This document shows positions 50,521-58,135 of a stretch of 64,000 bases of DNA, piece after piece; within the stretch, counting starts at the first letter, position 1; each line of letters begins with the position of its first letter. The notes under the pieces are model-generated. The model was not told the origin of the DNA, searched no databases, and saw only the letters and a list, made by a program, of their open reading frames with translations. The DNA lies in the NCBI GenBank assembly GCA_963737835.1, contig CAVTUH010000001.1:2914022-2978021 (forward strand), in the 5' to 3' direction. The stretch comes from an uncultured Gemmatimonadales bacterium. GTDB taxonomy: Bacteria; Gemmatimonadota; Gemmatimonadetes; Gemmatimonadales; Gemmatimonadaceae. Position numbers and translations under genes: made by a program.

Positions 50521-50560
50521 GAGAAAGTAGAAATACGGAAAGTAGAAAGTAGACTTAAGA
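50521..50560. promoter_or_regulatory. AT/purine-rich divergent promoter region with three GAAAGTAGAAA direct repeats
   Basis: gagaaagtagaaatacggaaagtagaaagtagac sits in the 124-bp gap between divergent genes (50494 and 50619). It is the lowest-GC stretch in the window. Confidence 0.4.
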
Positions 50561-50618
50561 ACTTGGATAGTAGAAGATTCTGAACCTCGAAGATACCCCT
50601 ACTGGATAAGCTGCTCTC

Positions 50619-51803
50619 ATGACTGCTACAGCACCGCCTGCCTCGTTTACCCCCTCAGCGAACGTCGCTCAGCTCAAGGAATCGGCGACCATCGCCGTGT
50701 CCGCACGGGCGCGTGCGCTCCGGGCGGCTGGGCGCAGGATCCTCGACCTCGGGGCCGGCGAGCCCGATTTTGCGACCCCGCGCTTCATTTGCGACGCTGC
50801 GGAGCGGGCTGTGGCGGCGGGTGCGACGCGATACACCGCGACGGAAGGGATTCAGCCGTTGCGCGAGGCGATAGCCGCCGAGGCCAACGCGCTCTACCGC
50901 GGGCCGGATCCAGTTACCGCGGCGGACGCGGTCGTGTCGAATGGGTCGAAGCAGGCGCTATTCAACGCGTGCTTCGTGCTCTTTGGAGAGGGCGACGAGG
51001 TCCTCATCCCCACGCCGGCCTGGACGAGCTACTACGAGATCGTCTCGCTGGCGAGGGCCAAAGCGGTACCGGTGTTCGGCGACGGGTCGCGCGGACTGAA
51101 AGCGACCGCCGCACAGTTGGTTGCGGCGGCGACTCCGCGGACGCGCGGCCTCATCCTCAACTCACCGTGCAATCCCACCGGCGCGGTCTACACCGAGCAG
51201 GAGCTACGCGACATCGCGTCGGTCGCCGCCGAGCGCGGATGGTGGATCATCTCGGACGAGATCTATCGCCGAATTGCGTACGAGGATCCGGCCTCGTCCG
51301 TCCTCGATGTGGTCAACGAACGCGACCGGGTCGTCTATGTGAACGGCGTCGCGAAGGCGTACGCGATGACGGGTTGGCGCATTGGCTGGGCGGTCGCGCC
51401 GCGGGCGGTGGCGCAGGCCATGGGCGCGCTCCAATCGCATACAACGTCGAACGCGGCCAGCATGTCGCAGCACGCGGCCCTCGCGGCTTTGACCGACACG
51501 GCCGCAGCAGAGCCGGCGATCGCTGCCATGGTCGAGCAATTCCGAGCGCGCCGCGACGCCGCGCTCGCCTTGCTCGACGCGGCGCGGGTGCAGTACGTGC
51601 GGCCGGGCGGCGCGTTCTATCTCTACATCAACGTGGGTCGTGACGGCGGTGCATTTGCCACGGAGCTGATGGACGCGCACGGAGTGGCGGTCGTGCCAGG
51701 TGCGGCTTTTCTCACGCCGAACTGGGTCCGTGCATCTTACGCCGCGCCCATGGAGACGGTGTTGGAGGGCGTGAAGCGGGTGGTGGAACTCATTGGGACG
51801 TAG
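50619..51803 (+). CDS. Aspartate/aromatic aminotransferase (class I PLP-dependent)
   Basis: 394 aa. PLP-lysine region …YVNGVAKAYAMTGWRIGW… and typical AspC fold motifs. Confidence 0.9.
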   Translation: MTATAPPASFTPSANVAQLKESATIAVSARARALRAAGRRILDLGAGEPDFATPRFICDAAERAVAAGATRYTATEGIQPLREAIAAEANALYRGPDPVTAADAVVSNGSKQALFNACFVLFGEGDEVLIPTPAWTSYYEIVSLARAKAVPVFGDGSRGLKATAAQLVAAATPRTRGLILNSPCNPTGAVYTEQELRDIASVAAERGWWIISDEIYRRIAYEDPASSVLDVVNERDRVVYVNGVAKAYAMTGWRIGWAVAPRAVAQAMGALQSHTTSNAASMSQHAALAALTDTAAAEPAIAAMVEQFRARRDAALALLDAARVQYVRPGGAFYLYINVGRDGGAFATELMDAHGVAVVPGAAFLTPNWVRASYAAPMETVLEGVKRVVELIGT

Positions 51804-51830
51804 GGCGTCGCATGCGTCGCCCCTACCCGA
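51801..51830. repeat. Palindromic REP-like element overlapping the aspC stop codon
   Basis: tagggcgtcgcatgcgtcgcccctacccga. Confidence 0.65.
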
Positions 51831-51916
51831 CCATCAGCGGGAACGCGCGGGCGGCGGTTCTTGCGTCCCGATTTCGAGGTCTTCCTTTCCAACGTCCAAC
51901 GTCTCACGTCCAGCCT

Positions 51917-52936
51917 CTATTGCCCCGTCCCCTGTTCTAGGCACCAGTTGGTCGTGCCCCTGAAGATCTCGACCCAGCGGCCGTCCTTGTAGCGCATGAT
52001 CATCGGATAGGTATCGCCGCCGTACTGCCAGCCTTCGAGCACGATGGCGTCGACGCCGTTGCCGTCGATATCGATGTGGTCCACGTACCGCCGGTAGAGT
52101 GCCTTCCCGGCGGACCCGTTGACGGTCGCGCTGAAGGTAGGGGTATAGTCGCCGCCGATCTTGTCGGCGATCGCGAAGAGGTACGACGTCTTGTCGCCGT
52201 GGGCTGCGGCTTCCTCGGCGTTCGGGTCGATGTACGACACGACGAGCGTCGGGTCCGCGGTTGCGCCGGTGTTGACGGCCAGCGCGCGAAAATCGAGCGA
52301 GTCGAGTCGGGTGCGCGGGATGTGCGCCTTTTCGGCGACTTTGGCCCCGACGTCCCGAGCGAGCGTGACGACCTCGCTGGTCGCCATCGGGCTGCTCTCA
52401 TGGGCCGGCGGCAGATCCACGCTCGTCGCCAGGAACTCGACCGTGATGCCGGCTTTGACGTTGGCGTCGATGCTGACCGCTGCGAGTGGAATGAGGCTCT
52501 GACAATTGGGCAGGGTGTAGAGCGGCGCTTCAGGGCGGGACCACATCCCTTGCTTCACCGTCGCCTGGCCCACGGGGCGCCCGTCCTGATACACGGTGTA
52601 GGCGGCGCCGGGACGGTGGTAGAGGCGGTCGAACGTCCGCCACCCGCCGGGTGACAGACGAATGGGTCGCAATTTCCCATTGTCCAACGAGGCGAGCGGC
52701 ACCATCCGAGGATCATCACGCTCGCCGAACACCTCGAAGAGGATCGGCGGATGCTTGCGCAGGTCCAATTCCTGGCCGGCCGGGATCGACGGGGCAGTGT
52801 CACCCGCACTCGCCTTGTTGCATCCTGCGGCGAGGGTTACCGTTAGCCACATCGCGGCGGCGACGGCCGAGCGGGCCGCCGTTTGCGAGAACACCGCGCG
52901 CCGGCTCAACCCGGCGTCTCCGTATCCTGTTGTCAC
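51917..52936 (-). CDS. Hypothetical lipoprotein
   Basis: Signal peptide with lipobox (TLAAGC). 339 aa. No family recognised. Confidence 0.5.
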   Translation of the reverse strand: MTTGYGDAGLSRRAVFSQTAARSAVAAAMWLTVTLAAGCNKASAGDTAPSIPAGQELDLRKHPPILFEVFGERDDPRMVPLASLDNGKLRPIRLSPGGWRTFDRLYHRPGAAYTVYQDGRPVGQATVKQGMWSRPEAPLYTLPNCQSLIPLAAVSIDANVKAGITVEFLATSVDLPPAHESSPMATSEVVTLARDVGAKVAEKAHIPRTRLDSLDFRALAVNTGATADPTLVVSYIDPNAEEAAAHGDKTSYLFAIADKIGGDYTPTFSATVNGSAGKALYRRYVDHIDIDGNGVDAIVLEGWQYGGDTYPMIMRYKDGRWVEIFRGTTNWCLEQGTGQ

Positions 52937-52952
52937 GCGTCGTGTAGGGTCA

Positions 52953-53936
52953 ATGGACGCAAGCCTCCGCAGTGTGCAGCGCTTGCTCGGTCAGTGGGCG
53001 CCACACCTCCGAGGGACGGATCGCGGCGGTCCCACCTTGGAGACGCTTCCCGCGGCAACCGAGTCACCACGGCTGGCAGTTGCCGTCGTGATCGAGGGCG
53101 ACGAGTTCGAAGCACGGGAGGTACCCGGCCCGCCAACCGAGATGTTTGGTGGGTTTCTCGACGGCGCCCAGACGAGCCGGGTGTTGATGTACGACCGTGG
53201 CGTGCCGATCGTCCATGGCGTTGCCGCGGCGGTGATTCGCGCGCGCCGAGACCGACGTCTCGTCACGTGGCGGCGAGGCGTTCGCAAGCACGAGGCGGTC
53301 TACGCACCCACCGTGCTGGCGCCTGCGTTGTGTCAGCGGCTGGTCGATGACGGCGTGCAGGTGATCGACACGAGCACTCGCCTCGCGGAGGCCGATCAGG
53401 GTGTGTCGGCCGAAGGCGCGCACCCGGCGGTGCTGATCGATCGCGCACGCCGGTGCGTGGAGGCGCGCCGCGAGCGGCTGGAACGTGCGTTGGCGGAGGA
53501 GTGGTGCGACTCCGAGGACGCTCCGCTGTACATCGACGGTGCCATCGCGGGCAAGGAGCACGTCGCCACGTCGGGCAAGAGCGTCGGTGTCGTGCAGCGG
53601 CATCATGTGCTGTACGGGGGTGGTGAGGCGGTGCCGCGGCTTGCCGCGCTCCGACAAGGGGAGCGCACGACGGTCTTCCTGGTCTCGTCAGGCCGCTGGA
53701 CGCCGGTGTGGAGCTGGTATTTGCGCCTGCGCAACGCCGCGCGCCACGAGCCGATGTGGGGGCTCGTGCGGATCGAATGCGCCGCCGGAAGGTCGGACAC
53801 CGCGAGCGATCGCGCGAACGAGATTTCGCGGTGGGTCTTGGCCGAGCGGGTGCCGATCGCGCTCCCCGACCCGCAGTGGCACGCTTTGGCGTACGGTATC
53901 CGGGATTGCAAGGAGATGCTGCGGGCCACGATGTAA
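52953..53936 (+). CDS. nurA: NurA-like 5'-3' nuclease (RNase H-like fold), HerA partner
   Basis: ~328 aa. Candidate catalytic motif FGGFLDGAQTS (DGS-like) and a second …LYIDGAIAG…. Located immediately upstream of a HerA-like ATPase, as in archaeal and Deinococcus nurA-herA pairs. Start chosen at ATG 52953. The assignment rests mainly on context. Confidence 0.5.
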   Translation: MDASLRSVQRLLGQWAPHLRGTDRGGPTLETLPAATESPRLAVAVVIEGDEFEAREVPGPPTEMFGGFLDGAQTSRVLMYDRGVPIVHGVAAAVIRARRDRRLVTWRRGVRKHEAVYAPTVLAPALCQRLVDDGVQVIDTSTRLAEADQGVSAEGAHPAVLIDRARRCVEARRERLERALAEEWCDSEDAPLYIDGAIAGKEHVATSGKSVGVVQRHHVLYGGGEAVPRLAALRQGERTTVFLVSSGRWTPVWSWYLRLRNAARHEPMWGLVRIECAAGRSDTASDRANEISRWVLAERVPIALPDPQWHALAYGIRDCKEMLRATM

Positions 53937-53992
53937 CGCCGCGCGCACACGCGCGGCGTAGGAAGGCGAGAGGAGAAAGGAGAGAGGAGAGT
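53937..53992 (+). promoter_or_regulatory. 9-bp GC hairpin directly after the nurA stop, followed by a purine-rich GGA-repeat tract ending at the herA start
   Basis: cgccgcgcg-caca-cgcgcggcg, then aggaaggcgagaggagaaaggagagaggagag. Possible attenuator or translational control region. Confidence 0.35.
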
Positions 53993-56039
53993 GGACGGAA
54001 TCAACAACGAGGGGCGCGTGGTGACCGGCGAGGTCGAGGGTGACGAGGGGACAGGAGAGGCGCGAGAGGCACTGGGTTCGTCAGACCACCCGCTCGAGCC
54101 GCTCGGTCGCGTTGTCGCGACGGAGCGACGACCCAGCACGCCGCACGAGTTTCATTTTTGGACGGCGCTCAATGCAGCGGTGGGGATCGGGACGATCGTG
54201 CGGGTGGAAGGCGGACCAACGGTCAATGGGGTCGTGCCGCGAGTCTATGGCGTCGTGGTCGAGGCGATCGGCTACACGGACCTCCAGTCGCCGCTGCACG
54301 ATGTGATGGGGTTCGACGGGTCCCCGGCGCACGCGCCGCTGGCAACGACGGAGCGAACGGAGATCCGTCTGTATACCGCCGCGGTACTGCGCCAGATACC
54401 GGAAGAGCCGATGCAACCGGTTCCGATGGGGATGGTCTTTCTGGCCGACGATGATGACGTCGCGTGTGCGCTCCGTATGGATGGGTACATCGCGGCGGGA
54501 TCACGCAACGCGATCCCCATCGGGGTCTACCACGGCGGGGGGATCGACGCGCCAGTCTATCTGGACGCGGACTTTCTGTTGGGTCCCGAAGCGGCGCATC
54601 TCACCGTGACGGGCGTCTCGGGTCTCGCGACCAAGACGAGTGCGGTCGAGTGGCTGCTGGCATCGATTTTCGCCCACTTTCCGGCCGACAAATCGGTCGC
54701 GGCCGTCTGCTTCAACGTGAAGGGGCCAGACCTCTGCTTTCTCGACCAGCCTGCGACGGATCTGGCAGACGCCGATCGCGCGTTGTACGAGAAGCTCGGC
54801 GTACCGCCCACGCCGTTCCGCGACGTGCAGTACTTCGCGCCGTATCGGGCCGAAGGGTACACCCTCAACACCTTGCGATCGAACGAGGCCCTCGAGCACA
54901 ACGTGACGCCGCTCGCGTGGGGGCTGCGCGAAGTCATGGAGTACGCCGACGTCCTGCTGAATCGCGAGGACGTCAATGCGAAGGCGGATGCGTTGATCGA
55001 CTTCATTCGCGAGCGAGTCGTGGGTCGCCAGTTCACCGACCCGGTGCTGAAGGACACCTACTCCGTGCAGTCGTTCAGCGATCTCGAACAGTGGTTTCGC
55101 GACCTGCTGGAGCAGCTCGAGCAGCGCAATCACGAGAGCTGGCGCACGCATCATGTGGCGACGCTCCGGAAAATTCGGAACCGGCTGATCAACATTGCCC
55201 AGCGGTGCGCGGGGCTGGTGACTTCGGCAGGCGATGCGAGCGACCTGCCGTGGGGGCACTTTCGCGATCGAACGGTGTACGTGATCGACGTCGCCAATCT
55301 CGAGCAGGACGCGCAGGATCTGATCTTTGCGCGCGTGGTGTCGCAGTTACGCACCTACCTCGAGCGGCGAGACCTTGGCGTGAAGCACCTCGTGGTCTTT
55401 GTCGACGAGCTCAACCGCTACGCGCCAACCGATGGACCCGAGACGTATGTCCGGAAGATGTTGCTCGACCTGGCAGAGCGGGGGCGGTACCTGGGCCTCG
55501 TCTTGTTCGGGGCGCAGCAATTTCGGTCACAGGTGCATCGCCGAGTGGTCGGGAACGCGGGTACGCAGGTCTTCGGGCGCATGGATGCCGACGAGCTCGC
55601 GTCGCCGGGATACGCGGTGCTGAGTCCGGCGATCCGGACGAAGCTCGCAACGCTTGAGAAAGGGCAATTGATGGTACGTCATCCGCATTTCACGCAGCCA
55701 ATTTTCGTTCGGTTCCCGCGACCGCCGGTCCTGTCGGGCCGTGAGGGGGTCGAGCGGTTCCCGGCGGCGGAGCCTGTGCCGCCTGCGGTGGCGGTGACGC
55801 GCCGCTTGCGCCGGCTCGATTCCACGATCACGCTCGAATGGGTCAAGCAGCACACGGAACTGTACGAGCCCGAGGAGGTCTTGCACGCGTGTCAGCTGGC
55901 GGAGCTCAGGAAGCCCAACGACGTGCGCGCGTTCATTCAGCACCAACTCCGACGCATCGTGCCGACGCGCCCCGCTGCGCAGCCGGAGTTCCTCGTGCCG
56001 TTGCACGCGCTGCCTAGCGCCAATCCGTACGGCGTTTGA
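53991..56039 (+). CDS. herA: HerA-like hexameric ATPase/helicase (HAS-barrel + RecA-like ATPase)
   Basis: N-terminal HAS-barrel-like segment (HEFHFW…GTIVRV…VYGVVVEAIGY). P-loop-like GVSGLATKTS. Walker B VVFVDELNRY. ATQRP-like …LFGAQQFRSQ…. 682 aa. Confidence 0.6.
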   Translation: MDGINNEGRVVTGEVEGDEGTGEAREALGSSDHPLEPLGRVVATERRPSTPHEFHFWTALNAAVGIGTIVRVEGGPTVNGVVPRVYGVVVEAIGYTDLQSPLHDVMGFDGSPAHAPLATTERTEIRLYTAAVLRQIPEEPMQPVPMGMVFLADDDDVACALRMDGYIAAGSRNAIPIGVYHGGGIDAPVYLDADFLLGPEAAHLTVTGVSGLATKTSAVEWLLASIFAHFPADKSVAAVCFNVKGPDLCFLDQPATDLADADRALYEKLGVPPTPFRDVQYFAPYRAEGYTLNTLRSNEALEHNVTPLAWGLREVMEYADVLLNREDVNAKADALIDFIRERVVGRQFTDPVLKDTYSVQSFSDLEQWFRDLLEQLEQRNHESWRTHHVATLRKIRNRLINIAQRCAGLVTSAGDASDLPWGHFRDRTVYVIDVANLEQDAQDLIFARVVSQLRTYLERRDLGVKHLVVFVDELNRYAPTDGPETYVRKMLLDLAERGRYLGLVLFGAQQFRSQVHRRVVGNAGTQVFGRMDADELASPGYAVLSPAIRTKLATLEKGQLMVRHPHFTQPIFVRFPRPPVLSGREGVERFPAAEPVPPAVAVTRRLRRLDSTITLEWVKQHTELYEPEEVLHACQLAELRKPNDVRAFIQHQLRRIVPTRPAAQPEFLVPLHALPSANPYGV

Positions 56040-56923
56040 GGGGCGACGCCGTGCGCCGTTCCAGGCCTCTGAGTCTCACTCGATACGCGCGTAGCCCCTG
56101 GGTGCGCGCGGTGCTCATCCCGTTGATGCTCGCGGGGGCCGCGTCGAGATCGCACGCACAGCAGGTCCTCCTGCAATTGCGCCCGCACGCGGGCGACACG
56201 CTGCACATGCGCCTCGACCAGGAAATGAACATCATGCGGACGGGCCAGGCCGCTCTGGGAGACGCCGCGACTGCCGTGACGACGACGTGGGTCGTGCTCC
56301 AGCGCATGATCGTCGAGCGCGCGGACAGCTCCGGTACGGAGGTCATGCAGGTGACGGATTCGGTCTCGACGGAGCGCATCGATGATCGTGGACCGGAGCC
56401 CGCGCCGCGGCGAAACCGGCCGGTCGATGGCAGTCACGTGCTGCTGCATGTGGCGCCCGACGGTGCGGTGACACTCCTCGACAGCACCAACAGCGTGAGC
56501 TCGGCCCTGCGGGAGGTGCTGAGGGACCTGCCCGTGACCTTCCCGCGAGACCCGGTCAAGGTCGGGCAGAGCTGGGTCCGGGCCATGAAGCTTCCGGCCG
56601 GCGCGGGCTACGGGCAGGGGGGTGAGATCAAGCTGGAGTTCCGGCTGGACTCCGTTGCGGATGGGTCTGATCTGGCGTACGTCTCGGTCCATGGACCGCT
56701 CGGTGGGGCTCGCGTGAATGCCGCCGTCGGCGGGGCGACGGTGACGACGCGGGGGACTCTGGCGGGCACGATGGTGATCGACCGCCGCCGGGGGTGGCTC
56801 ACCGATTGGCACGCGACCATCGACGTGCAGTACGACATGCAGCCGCCGACGGGCTCGAACCAGTCCCCTGGGCGCATGCGGATGACGGCCACACAGTGGT
56901 TGCGGGCTATCGATCGGCCCTAG
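56036..56923 (+). CDS. Hypothetical secreted protein (signal peptide) embedded in the nurA-herA-sbcDC cluster
   Basis: Start overlaps the herA stop. Hydrophobic signal with an AXA-type site (AGAASRSHA-QQ). 295 aa. No family recognised. Confidence 0.5.
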   Translation: MRGDAVRRSRPLSLTRYARSPWVRAVLIPLMLAGAASRSHAQQVLLQLRPHAGDTLHMRLDQEMNIMRTGQAALGDAATAVTTTWVVLQRMIVERADSSGTEVMQVTDSVSTERIDDRGPEPAPRRNRPVDGSHVLLHVAPDGAVTLLDSTNSVSSALREVLRDLPVTFPRDPVKVGQSWVRAMKLPAGAGYGQGGEIKLEFRLDSVADGSDLAYVSVHGPLGGARVNAAVGGATVTTRGTLAGTMVIDRRRGWLTDWHATIDVQYDMQPPTGSNQSPGRMRMTATQWLRAIDRP

Positions 56924-56935
56924 ATTGCGGTACGC

Positions 56936-58135
56936 ATGCGGCTGGTCCATCTCTCCGATCTCCACCTGGGCTATCGGCAGTACCAGCGCCTTACGCCCAG
57001 CGGAATCAACCAACGCGAGGCAGATGTTGCACTCGCGTGTAAGCGGGCGATCAATGCGACCATCGGTCTCAAGCCCGAGTTCGTGCTATTCGCCGGCGAC
57101 ATCTTTCACACGGTGCGGCCGACGAATCCGGCCATCCTGCACGCGTTCGAGCAGTTTGCCCGACTTCGCGCGGCGCTCCCGGAGTCAACGATCGTCATGG
57201 TCGCCGGGAACCACGACACCCCCCGCGCGGCGGAAACGGGTTGCATCCTCCGCTTGTTCACTCCGCTCGGCATTCACGTCGTGGATTCGACGGCCGCCCG
57301 GCTCACGTTTCCCGACCGCGGTGTCTCGATCCTCGCCGTCCCCAATGTCCTCGGAGACCGACCGGCACTGACTCCGGACCCCAATGCCCGGTACAACGTG
57401 CTGCTGCTCCACGGCGAGGTCGAGGGCATGTTTCCGGGCGCAGCGGCGGCGACCGATCGATCGGCGATGGAAGTCACGAAGGAAGAACTGGCTGCCGAGC
57501 GATGGAGTTATGTCGCGCTCGGCCACTTCCATGTCTACCGCAGCATCGCCCCCAACGCGTTCTATTCCGGATCGCTGGACTACACGAGCGCGAACCCGTG
57601 GGGTGAGCTGATCGAGGAACGGGCGACCGGTGTGGCTGGCAAGGGGTTCATCGAGTACAACCTGGAGACTCGCCGGCATCGTTTTCACCCGATTGCGCTC
57701 GCACGGCCGCTCGTCGACCTGAGCGCGATATCGGCGCGTGGCCTCACCGCGGCCGACGTCGACGCACAGATTGCCGACGCGGTCAATCGGTGTGACGGAG
57801 GGATCGAGGGCAAGATCGTGCGACTGGTCGTGCGCGACATTCCCCGTCACATCGTTCGCGAGCTCGACCACCGACTCCTGCGAGAGTACCGGCGGCGGGC
57901 GCTGCATTTTCAGCTCGATGCACGACGCCCGGAAGTGATTCGACTGCATGGGCAGGGTGCCCCCGGGCGCCGACCGTCGCTGGCCGACATCGTCCGCGAC
58001 AAGCTGCAGAGCCGTCTGCTCGAAGCCGATATCGACCGATCGGCGCTGGTCGATCTGGGACTCCGATATCTCGCGGAAGCCGAGGCGGTGAGTGTCGCCG
58101 CCGTGGCGCCCGAAGCGGGGGACGCGGAGGCGTGA
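56936..58135 (+). CDS. sbcD: DNA repair exonuclease SbcD/Mre11 (calcineurin-like phosphoesterase)
   Basis: Phosphoesterase motifs HLSDLHLG, GDIFH, GNHD, GHFH. 399 aa. Confidence 0.9.
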   Translation: MRLVHLSDLHLGYRQYQRLTPSGINQREADVALACKRAINATIGLKPEFVLFAGDIFHTVRPTNPAILHAFEQFARLRAALPESTIVMVAGNHDTPRAAETGCILRLFTPLGIHVVDSTAARLTFPDRGVSILAVPNVLGDRPALTPDPNARYNVLLLHGEVEGMFPGAAAATDRSAMEVTKEELAAERWSYVALGHFHVYRSIAPNAFYSGSLDYTSANPWGELIEERATGVAGKGFIEYNLETRRHRFHPIALARPLVDLSAISARGLTAADVDAQIADAVNRCDGGIEGKIVRLVVRDIPRHIVRELDHRLLREYRRRALHFQLDARRPEVIRLHGQGAPGRRPSLADIVRDKLQSRLLEADIDRSALVDLGLRYLAEAEAVSVAAVAPEAGDAEA

